Program-made: the position numbers and the translations under genes | DNA from: a virus | Taxonomy: Duplodnaviria; Caudoviricetes | Virus record (IMG/VR): IMGVR_UViG_3300011334_000349 | Location: 1 to 28,958 of that record | DNA: 28,958 nucleotides | Reading direction: 5' to 3' (one strand) | In this document: positions 1 through 9,406 of the stretch, one piece after another | How positions within the stretch are numbered: position 1 is the first letter of the stretch | Layout: each line of letters starts with the position of its first letter | The notes under the pieces: generated by a model | Seen by the model: the letters and a program-made list of their open reading frames with translations, nothing else | What the model was told of the DNA's origin: nothing | The model's database searches: none

Positions 1-1072
1 CCGCAGTAGACCCTGAGCCTGCTGAATTTATTGCATTAGCAGTGATACTATATGACCCTAAATCCACATTTGCTACTGCACCTGTGTAGGGTACTTTGCC
101 ATTAAAGCTAGACCAATCGGCACTACTTAAAGCACCTCTATTTGTAGCACTTGCCGTAGGCAGATTGAAGGTGTGAGTACTTCCCGTACTACTTATTCCA
201 AAATTTGTACCGCTTGTGCCTGTGGCGAAGTTCTGCACCTGTGCAGTCAACCCATTCAAGGCAGTCAATCCTGTGGTGAAGGTGGTGATGATTTGGCAAA
301 GGTGACTATTCTCTGTGTGCAAAGTGATAGTTCTACCTGCATGGGTTACATAGTACCTAAGTGCTAGTCTATCTGTTAAGGCTAGGGTAGTAGTAGGCAC
401 TGCCAAAGCACTGAAATAAGGGTTGATATTTGTGCCTAAAGAAATAGACTCAGGGGTAGTGCTATTTGATGCTATCAAGGTAGCCGTACCTCCTGAATTT
501 ACCTTGTACAATTCAATATAGAAGGTAGGACTACCTCCACCTGAAGAGGCAGAAAGATAGGTTTCAAAATTCCAATTACCCGCAGGAATTTCAAGCAAAG
601 CAGGATCACCTGCATCAGTAATGAATGAGGCTATGTATCCGTCTGCATTGATATTGATATCAGTACCTGCACCTAGAACAGGAACTTTATTCATCTCCCT
701 GTAGGCAATACCTCCAATAGTTCCCTGAGATACTGAACCATTTAGGTAGTAAGAAACGGAAGAACCACCGCCTCCACCTGAAGGGAAGTCAGCAAGGCTA
801 CCATCTCCTCGAATGTATTGGGACACTGTTCCGGCGCCGGTCACGCTTATATTCCCGCTCATAGTCACGGGGCTATTGCTTACCACAAAGGCCGAAGGCA
901 TTGACAATCCAATTGAAGTGACTCCAACGTCAAGGTTCTCTTGCATATATGATTGAATGCTCGAGATCGTTGCCTTGTTGGTTGTGCTTGCCCCAAATGC
1001 TACTATTGGAACGACGTCATTGTTTGCAATGTCGGTCCGCTCTACTAATTGACTAATCCTTTTATCCGCCAT
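1..1072 (-). CDS. Tail fibre / receptor-binding protein, N-terminal part (runs off the left edge; absent from the ORF track)
   Basis: Manual translation from ATG 1072 is open to base 1: MADKRISQLVERTDIANND...GAGTVSQYIRGDGSLADFPSGGGGG...TASATNRGALSSADW. G/S/T-rich and directly downstream of the tail genes. Confidence 0.8.
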   Translation of the reverse strand, partial: MADKRISQLVERTDIANNDVVPIVAFGASTTNKATISSIQSYMQENLDVGVTSIGLSMPSAFVVSNSPVTMSGNISVTGAGTVSQYIRGDGSLADFPSGGGGGSSVSYYLNGSVSQGTIGGIAYREMNKVPVLGAGTDININADGYIASFITDAGDPALLEIPAGNWNFETYLSASSGGGSPTFYIELYKVNSGGTATLIASNSTTPESISLGTNINPYFSALAVPTTTLALTDRLALRYYVTHAGRTITLHTENSHLCQIITTFTTGLTALNGLTAQVQNFATGTSGTNFGISSTGSTHTFNLPTASATNRGALSSADWSSFNGKVPYTGAVANVDLGSYSITANAINSAGSGSTA

Positions 1073-1076
1073 GATT

Positions 1077-3254
1077 TTAAATATAAAACTTGCTTACTCC
1101 GTTTTCTTGTAACATAAATGCATCATTCTCCAATAGTATAAAATCAAAGTCTTGTGGCTCGAGATTACCAAGGATTTTGAATAATGAAACATAACTCAAC
1201 CCATTTGATATTGGATTGTACTTGTCGACCTTTTGCAATTGAAAGAAGTGATTCCCCACTTTTATAATTCTCCGGAAATCCAAATTGGAAATATCCGTTG
1301 GAGTCAAATAGAAATATCCCTCAAGAAGTCGACTATTTCGGTCCCCGATTGAGGTGATTAATTGATCATAATACCTCGAATATAGATTCGTTTCCGGATA
1401 TAAACCGATTGAGAAATACACCTCTTCCGGCTTGCCAAATAACAAGTCGACGGATGGCTCAACAACACTATTCAAGTGGCCCGCGTAAGGATATGTTGTA
1501 TATGTCACCGGCGTTGGATCGGAATACTTTATTTTCCAAGGTGTTGGACAAGGCGTGTTTGGTTGATAGTACACCACTCTTGGCTTGAAGTTGTCCGGAA
1601 TCTTGACGTTGTTTTGGACCTTGTAAAGGTGGATCATGATTTGGCCGGCAACCTCCTCGCGTAATACCGGAGGAGCAAACACAACGCCAACGCTCTTGGT
1701 CTCAAGTACGAAATCATTGTCAATGATGTGGCGTTTTTCGCCATATCCTCGGTTGAATTTTGTCGAGTAAAATTGGGACCAATAGTCCGAATCATCGTCA
1801 AACTTCAAGCGGTATTCCTTCGCGGTTAATTCGCTCAAAGGTGTGATTTGTATATCTTGAGATTGATCAAGTTTGTCGGTCCAATCAATTGCTTGATCCT
1901 TGAAGGTTTTGAAAAACTCATTGTATGGATCGATTTCGAGAACGCTAGTTTGAAGGCGATTTTGAGTGACATAAAGATTGTACATTGAGATCGTGCTTTT
2001 CAAGAAGTCTCTCATCTTCATTGACTTTGGCATGGTGTATGTGATTTTCATCTCATCACCTTCCTCAACCTCTACGGCGGTGGGGACAGTGTTGCCTATT
2101 TTTAGCGATCCAAATGGGGCGATTGTCACTCTTGTTTGCAAATCGTCACCAAAGCCACCACCTCCGGCAATCTCACCGGTAAGTTCGACCTCGAAGAAAT
2201 CGCCTTGTTGAAGCGTAATGCCACCACTTATGTCAATGTCCCACGAAATGGATTGACCTACCGAAATGAAGTTCACGTTGAAACTATCGTAAAAAATCTC
2301 GATGGAATTACGAAGGATGCGCATCGTGAAAACATTATTACGCGGCGCTTGCAAAGCCGTAAAACTTACCCGACCAATGAAGTTGAGTCCGGTGTTTAGG
2401 TCTTGCGCTTTGTTCCATGTGAATTTTGTTCCGGCCGGATTGATTGTGAATCCGGATGCCTCCACATTTGTAAAATCTAGAAAGTGAGAATATGTTGTGT
2501 CCGTTGTGACGTCATCAATATTGAGAGTATTGGTTTGATTGAGTAATGTACTCACCAACCTTGTAATGGTTTTTTCGGCGGTCACCAAGATTGACTTCCG
2601 GAAATAGAAATTATCAAAGATCGGAGAGACGATTTGGAATTGTGCAAACTCAAAAATCCTCTTGAGAATTTCGCTCACAAAAACCGCCGGTTTGAAATTA
2701 CGGATTGGAAAGGTATTCATGTCAACCGAATACCCGTAGTCAACCAATGGATAAACATAATTTTGCGCGCCCTCTTCGTACTCAATGCGGCTCCAACTCG
2801 CCTCAATGTTTGCCCTATTCCACGTATGATCATAGTCATCAAAATCAAGATCGGCAAGTGTAAAGTCACCGAGTTCGTGGAGGATGTCACGAAGCCTTCC
2901 AAACATATTCACCTCATATGTGACATCCCCTTCTTTATTGTTGATTTTGCTTAACCTCAAAACGCCGTCAAAAATCTTGACGTTGTCCAATAGGATTTGG
3001 GATTGTGCTTGTTTTGCCGGATTGAAATTTTGGCCGATGTTGGGTCCGGCGATAATATCATTTGAAACCGAGATGTCAAAGATGTTTCCAAAGAGTTGTT
3101 GGTTTCTTGGTGTCGATGGTAAGGTCAACGTCTTTGAGAACGAAGTATTTCTCCGCTCGATATCGCTTATGTCCGCAACCGAAAAGGTGAATTCAACATC
3201 AATATCCCCGAGTGTATCCGCTTCGAATCCCTCGATAAATAGGCGAGCGCTCAT
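1077..3254 (-). CDS. Minor tail / baseplate hub-like structural protein
   Basis: 725 aa. N-terminal 'FSVADISDIERRNTSFSKTLTLPST' and 'YVYPLVDYG' motifs resemble Bacteroidetes siphovirus tail proteins. Lies upstream of the fibre gene. Confidence 0.65.
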   Translation of the reverse strand: MSARLFIEGFEADTLGDIDVEFTFSVADISDIERRNTSFSKTLTLPSTPRNQQLFGNIFDISVSNDIIAGPNIGQNFNPAKQAQSQILLDNVKIFDGVLRLSKINNKEGDVTYEVNMFGRLRDILHELGDFTLADLDFDDYDHTWNRANIEASWSRIEYEEGAQNYVYPLVDYGYSVDMNTFPIRNFKPAVFVSEILKRIFEFAQFQIVSPIFDNFYFRKSILVTAEKTITRLVSTLLNQTNTLNIDDVTTDTTYSHFLDFTNVEASGFTINPAGTKFTWNKAQDLNTGLNFIGRVSFTALQAPRNNVFTMRILRNSIEIFYDSFNVNFISVGQSISWDIDISGGITLQQGDFFEVELTGEIAGGGGFGDDLQTRVTIAPFGSLKIGNTVPTAVEVEEGDEMKITYTMPKSMKMRDFLKSTISMYNLYVTQNRLQTSVLEIDPYNEFFKTFKDQAIDWTDKLDQSQDIQITPLSELTAKEYRLKFDDDSDYWSQFYSTKFNRGYGEKRHIIDNDFVLETKSVGVVFAPPVLREEVAGQIMIHLYKVQNNVKIPDNFKPRVVYYQPNTPCPTPWKIKYSDPTPVTYTTYPYAGHLNSVVEPSVDLLFGKPEEVYFSIGLYPETNLYSRYYDQLITSIGDRNSRLLEGYFYLTPTDISNLDFRRIIKVGNHFFQLQKVDKYNPISNGLSYVSLFKILGNLEPQDFDFILLENDAFMLQENGVSKFYI

Positions 3255-4435
3255 ATTACTTGACGATTGTTTATAAGTCCAATTTCAAGGTCCAATTCAA
3301 TGTTGAATACTTTGTCAATCGAGGTCTTTTTAACCTCGTACGAAGTGGCGGTTGGCATTACCGGAATCCATGAAAAGTTGATATAATTATCGTTGACCAA
3401 ATTCATGTAAACGAGTGGAGAGGAATACAATTCACGCAAGGTTTCCGCTTGGGCGTTGTTCAAATAGTCCGAGGTGATCCTCCACTTTTGAGTTTCCTTG
3501 GTATAATAAATTGGATTTATATTCTTGACGATTATGCCGTTGGCCTCGTATATACTTCCGGTATAGTTCCGTTCATATCTCTTTCGCTCGGTGTCAAATG
3601 TGGTCTTGCTTACAAGGTCAAAATTAAAGAAGTCATATGCGCCAAACTTGTTGAGATATGCCAAGCGCATCGGATCAAATCGACCACAACCTTGAGTGTA
3701 AATTGTCGCAAACATTGTACGTCTTGGCGACTCGGGATCGTGGTTGACAAACAAGTTGATTGTTGCAATGTTGGAGCCATATGTCATCGGCATTACTTTG
3801 ACATAAGAAATGCAAGGTGTTGATTCCGGTTCCGATGGAGAGATGTAATAAGTTTGCACGGAGCCATTTGCATAAGTAATAAACAACTCAAAATTTATGA
3901 TTAGCCCCGTATTTAAAAAGGCAAATATTTGAGAATCCGTTTCTCTCATTTTGATATCGCTCCAATTTGTCAACGGCCGATATTCGGTAATATCTTCGCC
4001 GGTATACTTTGCCAAATCCGAATACCAATTGTCCAACTCGAGCAAAGGCAAAGAAGCCGCCAAGGCATACTTGGTCGCGCTCACAACCTCGGAAGCCTCC
4101 ACGATCTCAAATACTCCGCCAACCTCATAATATTCATAACATTTGAGATAATACCCTTTGATCGTATTGGTCCGATTCAAGAATGATTCGACTTGATAAA
4201 AGCCATCGGTATATTGGAAGTTGACCGAGACAAATTTACTCACATCGAATTCCACCTCTTCGGATGGATTTGCCGGAGAGTCGTAAAACGCTTGAGTGAT
4301 TAATTCATCGGAATCGTTGTAAACCTTCACAACGTACTTGAATCCGGATTGATTAGCGTTGGTACTACTTATCAAATAGTTGATCCGGTTAAATGCCGGA
4401 AGAATGTCAATGCTTGGCTCGACGAGTGTGATCAT
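3251..4435 (-). CDS. Tail structural protein (distal-tail-like)
   Basis: 394 aa, 'YLNKFGAYDFFNF' motif, 4-nt ATGA overlaps with both neighbours, tail module context. Confidence 0.55.
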   Translation of the reverse strand: MITLVEPSIDILPAFNRINYLISSTNANQSGFKYVVKVYNDSDELITQAFYDSPANPSEEVEFDVSKFVSVNFQYTDGFYQVESFLNRTNTIKGYYLKCYEYYEVGGVFEIVEASEVVSATKYALAASLPLLELDNWYSDLAKYTGEDITEYRPLTNWSDIKMRETDSQIFAFLNTGLIINFELFITYANGSVQTYYISPSEPESTPCISYVKVMPMTYGSNIATINLFVNHDPESPRRTMFATIYTQGCGRFDPMRLAYLNKFGAYDFFNFDLVSKTTFDTERKRYERNYTGSIYEANGIIVKNINPIYYTKETQKWRITSDYLNNAQAETLRELYSSPLVYMNLVNDNYINFSWIPVMPTATSYEVKKTSIDKVFNIELDLEIGLINNRQVI

Positions 4436-5064
4436 TTGCTTACTTTTAAAATTAGGGAATTAAATCCAATCTCTTTGATGTCAATGTTGAAATCCGGAGT
4501 GGCCTCATCAATAGATTGCTTGATGAATTGACGACCCTCGATTCCGTACTTCTTAATATAGTAAGCCATCCTCTTGGCACTACTTGAAATTTGAGGCAAC
4601 ATTTGTCGGCCCTCAATTAGGTTGGTGGCCTCGATCTCCATGTTCTTTCTTTTCATCCATCCTTCCAATTCGGTCAATGCTTTGACCGGCATAAAGTAGG
4701 TTTTGAATTGATAGTATTCCCCCTTCACGTTTGGATATGTCTTTTTGTTTTTGATGTTTTGCATCACTCCGCGAACACCCTTGTCAATATAATCCGAATA
4801 CTCGGCGCCAACCGAAATTTCCAACCGATATCCGGTTTTGGTTTCAACTACACCAATGACATCATAAGAGGATTTTAGTTTTCCATTATCCTCGGGAGAA
4901 TACTTCTCAAGATTCAATACGATGTTTCCACCCAATTTGAGCATCGCCTCCTTGACATTTGTCACGAGCATATTCTCAACGTCAAGGATATATTCCCCCG
5001 CTTTCTTTCTTCTTCCCCCTACGTTAATGAGCCCGTCTACTTCGCTCTGGCTTGAAACTCCCAT
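4432..5064 (-). CDS. HK97 gp10-like tail completion/neck protein
   Basis: 'SPEDNGKLKSS...AEYSDYIDKG...YGIEGRQFI' pattern resembles the gp10/virion morphogenesis family. Confidence 0.55.
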   Translation of the reverse strand: MGVSSQSEVDGLINVGGRRKKAGEYILDVENMLVTNVKEAMLKLGGNIVLNLEKYSPEDNGKLKSSYDVIGVVETKTGYRLEISVGAEYSDYIDKGVRGVMQNIKNKKTYPNVKGEYYQFKTYFMPVKALTELEGWMKRKNMEIEATNLIEGRQMLPQISSSAKRMAYYIKKYGIEGRQFIKQSIDEATPDFNIDIKEIGFNSLILKVSK

Positions 5065-5310
5065 TTCTTATATTCGAATTCTTTGTGTTTGTTGTAATCC
5101 TTCAAATATGCGAGTGAGTTTAAATACTCAATCACCCGCAAATCATATGCATCGCTTACTTTTATGTTGTTGAAATCCGCCACTTGTTTGGTGTGAAAGA
5201 CCCACCCCCAACGCGCCATAAACGTGCTGCCTTCTCCATCAACGCTTTGTTCTCCGGTGAGTAAATTATTATAGTTTCGATTAATTCGTTGAACAATTGA
5301 CAAAAAAAAA
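5037..5310 (-). CDS. -1 frameshift extension of the tail assembly chaperone (GT-like product, about 242 aa in total)
   Basis: The -1 frame is open from the T9 slippery run (5302-5310) to the stop at 5037 and encodes 'FFLSIVQRI...ARWGW...YLAYLKD'. Confidence 0.6.
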
Positions 5311-5764
5311 GCATACACCCATAAACATCAAGGAAATTTGCATTGAGCAAATCATCCGCAACGACGTCATGAGGAACAACTCCATATCCTTGATACTTTT
5401 TCCCCTTCATTGGAAGGAAGAAACAAGCGGCAATCTTGTTTAATTGCATGATCTCGCCACTAAATGAGAGAATGTCGATGTATTGACCGGCCGTGATCTC
5501 GTTAATCTCATGACAAAACTTATATCGATTCTCTCCAACTTGCAAGAAGTCAACCGGCTTGGTCTCCGGAATGTTGTTGAAGAAGGATAATTTTTGGCCA
5601 TATTCATGGATTAGGTCTCGATATTTGTAATTATCATAATCGCGCTCATTTTTCCCCTCGATCACCGACAACATCTTTTGTTGTTTTTCAATGATGTTGA
5701 GATTGACATTCATCTCGATGTCATATAGGGTAATGAATTGACCAACATTTAATTTGTCCCACAT
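5162..5764 (-). CDS. Putative tail assembly chaperone (G-like)
   Basis: 200 aa with CTT TTT TTT slippery site near the 3' end and an overlapping -1 ORF. Confidence 0.55.
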   Translation of the reverse strand: MWDKLNVGQFITLYDIEMNVNLNIIEKQQKMLSVIEGKNERDYDNYKYRDLIHEYGQKLSFFNNIPETKPVDFLQVGENRYKFCHEINEITAGQYIDILSFSGEIMQLNKIAACFFLPMKGKKYQGYGVVPHDVVADDLLNANFLDVYGCMLFFCQLFNELIETIIIYSPENKALMEKAARLWRVGGGSFTPNKWRISTT

Positions 5765-5797
5765 AATCGTAAATATATTTTCTTGGTTTAATGTATT

Positions 5798-6958
5798 TTA
5801 TCGGAAAGAGTACCGGCCCAAATGGCTCTTGGAAATCTTGTTCACAACCGAATATCTCAACGCATCAAGCGCGTGATTGAAATTGTCCACTGGCCGATTG
5901 GTCATGACCCCATTTTTATCTTCAATGTACTTGTAATTTCTCAACTCTTTGATGAGGTTAAAACTCGACTCGGTCGCGTGCAATTTATACCGGCGGATGA
6001 TGTCAATTCCGATGTTGATTGATCCCTTGATCGTTGGCTTTACGTTCCAACCCATGCGGTATATTTCCTCAATTGACTTTGGCTCGGCGCTATCGGCGAA
6101 CACCTCATTGGACCGGTCAAGGCCGAGCGCCTTCATCTCGTTCGCGATGTCTTGGTTGGTCATGCCGGTCCGGTACAACAATTCATCCACGTACATATTG
6201 TCATCCAAAACATACGTACGGACCAAGGATGTTGGATCACTTGAGTACCCGAAGTCAAGTCCATATGAGACCAATTTGGCCTCCTTGGGAATCTCTTTGA
6301 TCGTGTTGAAAGTGTATACCAACGATCTCGATTGCCCGCGCTCACCGAGCCCGTATACCCTCCAATAATTCTCATCAACTTGTTTGAGTCTCTCGATCTC
6401 TTCTTTGATCACATCGCCCAAAAACGGATTGTCTTTGTATGTGGTTTGAAAAAAGTCAACGTCCGATCGTGTCAAAACTTGATCATATATCCAATGGAAT
6501 TCCTCACTTGGATTATAGTCAAGAATCACTTTCTCGTTGGTACGAAATAGCAATTGAGTCCAATCCTCTTGGGTCAATTCGTTGGCCTCGTTGGCAAATA
6601 GCAAATCCCTCTTCCGTCCGCGTATCTTTTGCGGCATATCCAAAGAGATAAACTCGATCGTGTTCTCATTGAGTCGGTACTCGTTCGCGGTCTTTGAGTG
6701 GGAGTCCTCGGAATAGATGTTGTGATCTTTGAGGATTTGAAAGAAGTCGCGCATGACAGTGCCGCGAAGGGCCGGAAAAGACTTGCGGCAAATCGTGATA
6801 ATCTTTCCCTCGTTTCTTAGGCAATATGAGAAGATAATCCAAAGAAGAATATTGTATGTCTTGCCGGATCGCGTGCCCCCTTGTTGGACCACTATCTTGG
6901 CCGTCGATGTCTCAAGGTGCTTGAATACCTTGTTTGTTTTTATACTACTTGTCTCCAT
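5798..6958 (-). CDS. terL: Terminase large subunit (PBSX/SPP1-like)
   Basis: Walker A QGGTRSGKT, Walker B-like LFANEANE, DYNP, nuclease motifs GLDFG and DNFNHALDALRY. ATG at 6958 preferred over the track's 6964. Confidence 0.95.
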   Translation of the reverse strand: METSSIKTNKVFKHLETSTAKIVVQQGGTRSGKTYNILLWIIFSYCLRNEGKIITICRKSFPALRGTVMRDFFQILKDHNIYSEDSHSKTANEYRLNENTIEFISLDMPQKIRGRKRDLLFANEANELTQEDWTQLLFRTNEKVILDYNPSEEFHWIYDQVLTRSDVDFFQTTYKDNPFLGDVIKEEIERLKQVDENYWRVYGLGERGQSRSLVYTFNTIKEIPKEAKLVSYGLDFGYSSDPTSLVRTYVLDDNMYVDELLYRTGMTNQDIANEMKALGLDRSNEVFADSAEPKSIEEIYRMGWNVKPTIKGSINIGIDIIRRYKLHATESSFNLIKELRNYKYIEDKNGVMTNRPVDNFNHALDALRYSVVNKISKSHLGRYSFR

Positions 6959-7280
6959 CCACAATGGTCACCTCAAAGAGTTTCTTCCCATCGGCACCGG
7001 TCACCTCTTGGCGCTCGACATATCCTCGGCTTTTGCCTTGGGTCTTCAAGTAAAAAATGATTGCGGTCATGTTGCCGTCCTTCATGCCTTTGTCCAACAT
7101 TGACTCGGCAAAATCAAGCCGCTTGTTTCGTCCCTCTTGTACGGCCTCTTCAAGGCCCTCTTGTTCAATCCAAGCGTAAAGCGATGACCTATCAACACCC
7201 AATGACTTTGAAGCCGTTGAGAGGTTCCCAAATGCCTTGACAATGGCTTCGTGAATAATTGATCGGTCCGGCTTTTTCAT
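6945..7280 (-). CDS. terS: Terminase small subunit
   Basis: N-terminal HTH (LSTASKSLGVDRSSLYAW) and 'TAIIFYLKTQGKSRGYVERQE'; overlaps the terL start. ATG at 7280 chosen. Confidence 0.8.
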   Translation of the reverse strand: MKKPDRSIIHEAIVKAFGNLSTASKSLGVDRSSLYAWIEQEGLEEAVQEGRNKRLDFAESMLDKGMKDGNMTAIIFYLKTQGKSRGYVERQEVTGADGKKLFEVTIVDGDK

Positions 7281-7302
7281 AGTGTGGATTTTTGTTGTTT
7301 TC

Positions 7303-7332
7303 AAAAAAGGTAGCCGGAAAACCCGACTACCT
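7303..7332 (-). terminator. Rho-independent terminator upstream of terS
   Basis: Minus strand AGGTAGTCGG-GTTTT-CCGGCTACCT followed by a T-run. Confidence 0.75.
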
Positions 7333-7358
7333 ACTTAACGTATTTTTTACTTCAAAGA

Positions 7359-7547
7359 TTACGCCGTTTCTTCGGCTTCAAGCGGAATGGGCTCCTCGAT
7401 CAATTTCTCGGTGATCGTGTTATCAATGCCGGCATCATCCAAGATTTTCTTGAATAGGTTGGCAAGGTCAAAGATGGCATCATCTTCAACGAGTGAAATG
7501 GTGACAACCTTTTTGGCGGAATTAAAATTTAGTTGAAAGTTTGACAT
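7359..7547 (-). CDS. Hypothetical acidic protein
   Basis: 62 aa ORF in operon order with an A-rich leader. Confidence 0.65.
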   Translation of the reverse strand: MSNFQLNFNSAKKVVTISLVEDDAIFDLANLFKKILDDAGIDNTITEKLIEEPIPLEAEETA

Positions 7548-7559
7548 GGTTTGTGGTTT

Positions 7560-7826
7560 TTAAAATGGAAGATTATCGACCGGTGCGGTATCAAATGAAT
7601 TTGCCTTTGGTACCGCGGCATCTTTCTCGTATTCATTCAAGGTGATTGAGACGTCCTTTCCGAATTGGTTTGGCTCCTCAAAGATATTGATGTTGAGGTT
7701 GATGTACTTTTTGCCATTGTACGTGTACGCGTGGGCCTCCGCATCGGTGAGGCAAATTGATGATGTCATCCAAGAAGCGCTTCTTTTCTTTCCGCTTCCG
7801 AGTCTTACTTTTGGTTTTGGTTCCAT
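7560..7826 (-). CDS. Putative ssDNA-binding protein
   Basis: 88 aa, 'NGKKYINLNI...NQFGKDVSI', acidic C-terminal tail ending DNLPF as in SSBs. Confidence 0.55.
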   Translation of the reverse strand: MEPKPKVRLGSGKKRSASWMTSSICLTDAEAHAYTYNGKKYINLNINIFEEPNQFGKDVSITLNEYEKDAAVPKANSFDTAPVDNLPF

Positions 7827-7829
7827 GAT

Positions 7830-8177
7830 TTATTTGGTTTTTGGTTTTCTTCCTCTTTTGATCGGTGCCGGTTCCGGTGCAATTGCCGGAGCCACTTCCT
7901 CGATCGCGCTCAATATTTGGGCACTCTCCTCGCTTTGTTGCCGGTACCAAGTAGTTTGTTCCTCATTGGTATACCACGAATACAAGTAGTTGACCAATTC
8001 CATTCGGCACGATGTACACCAATGGGCAAATGCGTGTTTTGGATTTATATACTTGGTGTATAGATATATAAGTTCATTATAAACCTCCTTCGAATAGTTT
8101 CGAATGAATGCGTGTTTTTTGAAGCATTCATACAATGGCATATGCTTCTTGAAAATTTCGTGATCTTCCGGTGTCAT
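7830..8177 (-). CDS. Hypothetical protein (CxxC motif, basic KRGRKPK tail)
   Basis: 115 aa; ATGA overlap with the upstream gene. Confidence 0.65.
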   Translation of the reverse strand: MTPEDHEIFKKHMPLYECFKKHAFIRNYSKEVYNELIYLYTKYINPKHAFAHWCTSCRMELVNYLYSWYTNEEQTTWYRQQSEESAQILSAIEEVAPAIAPEPAPIKRGRKPKTK

Positions 8178-8440
8178 AATTCAAATTTGTTTAAAATGTA
8201 ATCCTCAACAAAGAGGAAAATGAATGGTGTCGTACTTGATATAAATATCGCCTCCACAATACTTGTATTGCAAACGAAATATAAAAGGCTAATCCAAAAG
8301 GACATACAAAATCCACATCCAAATGGCTTGCCCAAATTCCTTCCGGTGGCTTGCTTGAACTTCATTGGAAAGTTGATGATATAAAAATAAATCAAGGTCA
8401 ATCCTATCGACCCTAATACACCAATCGTGATTTGATACAT
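8174..8440 (-). CDS. Membrane protein with CxxC (DUF1360-like)
   Basis: Hydrophobic segments and 'KPFGCGFCMSFW' motif. Confidence 0.6.
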   Translation of the reverse strand: MYQITIGVLGSIGLTLIYFYIINFPMKFKQATGRNLGKPFGCGFCMSFWISLLYFVCNTSIVEAIFISSTTPFIFLFVEDYILNKFEL

Positions 8441-8898
8441 GAGCGAATTTTTTTAATGGTTATGAAAATAGATGTGTGAGGTATTCCGGTTTGCTTGCTT
8501 ACTTTTCGAACACTACCCAACTCGACATACATCTTGAGTATTTCTTGATCATACCAATATAGTTCCTCAACCAACTTGGTAATCCCATCCGCCACCTCTT
8601 GACTATTGTCGATCGGCTCCTCCTCCTTTACAAATTTAAGGATGTCCTCGACCGGAATAAGAGTGGCATACATTCGGCCAAACTTCCCATATTTTGAGTT
8701 TGTTTGATTGCAACATATGCGGACAATCCAAAACTTGAAAACTTGCTTTCCCTTGTCCTCGAGTTCACTTATCTTTTTACTATCGTATTGAAGGACAATA
8801 TACGCCACCTCTTGCCGCAAATCTTCCCAAAGGTCTTTACCTATGTTCTTGAAAACGAACTCAAACTCGGTGTCATATAACCATCCAATCGCTTTCAT
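8413..8898 (-). CDS. Sigma-factor-like transcription regulator (candidate late activator)
   Basis: Region-2-like 'WEDLRQEV' and region-4 HTH 'SVRKVSKQTGIPHTSIFITIKK'. Confidence 0.65.
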   Translation of the reverse strand: MKAIGWLYDTEFEFVFKNIGKDLWEDLRQEVAYIVLQYDSKKISELEDKGKQVFKFWIVRICCNQTNSKYGKFGRMYATLIPVEDILKFVKEEEPIDNSQEVADGITKLVEELYWYDQEILKMYVELGSVRKVSKQTGIPHTSIFITIKKIRSCIKSRLVY

Positions 8899-9146
8899 TT
8901 TAAAGTGATCACCTTTCCGGTTGGATTTCCTTCAATGTCACAAAACGATCCAAACAAAACAAATCGAACTTCTTTCTCTCGGTTCATGTAGGGGCTTGCC
9001 AACAATCGAATTTGTTTTTTCACGATATCAATACCTTGAAAAGTGCCCATCCCTTTTGGGGACCAATCGGACCAATCATTATTTTCTTTGCGGTATCGGA
9101 TTTGAAGTGAATAATCCGGTTTCGATGTTGGCAATCTCTTACTCAT
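8895..9146 (-). CDS. Hypothetical protein
   Basis: 83 aa, overlaps both neighbours by a few nt. Confidence 0.6.
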   Translation of the reverse strand: MSKRLPTSKPDYSLQIRYRKENNDWSDWSPKGMGTFQGIDIVKKQIRLLASPYMNREKEVRFVLFGSFCDIEGNPTGKVITLK

Positions 9147-9342
9147 GTATCTCTTGGATTATAACCTCCAACCCCAATTCTTTGCAAATCGCTCTCAAGT
9201 TCGAAAGACTTATCGACTCCTTCCCGTTTTCTAAATGGTGGATCGGCGCTTGACTAATACCAATCTTTTTGCATAGTTGCAATTGGGTCAATCCTTTTGA
9301 CTTTCTCTTTCTCTTGATCATTAATCCTTCCAAATCGGCCAT
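9139..9342 (-). CDS. XRE/Cro-family HTH regulator
   Basis: 'RKSKGLTQLQLCKKIGISQAPIHHLENGK' canonical HTH_3 pattern. Confidence 0.9.
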   Translation of the reverse strand: MADLEGLMIKRKRKSKGLTQLQLCKKIGISQAPIHHLENGKESISLSNLRAICKELGLEVIIQEIHE

Positions 9343-9358
9343 GTGTTTAAGTATTTAT

Positions 9359-9392
9359 TCAAATGTAATTTTTTTATTTTAATCAAATGTAA
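9359..9392 (-). promoter_or_regulatory. Tandem TTACATTTGA repeats containing the Bacteroidetes -7 element TAnnTTTG, upstream of the HTH gene
   Basis: Plus strand tcaaatgtaa at 9359-9368 and 9383-9392. Confidence 0.5.
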
Positions 9393-9406
9393 AAAACGGC
9401 AATTGG

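Noticed and set aside
9139-9342. XRE gene as a lysogeny repressor
   Set aside because: No divergent cI/cro arrangement, peptidase domain or integrase is visible, so lifestyle cannot be called from this window.
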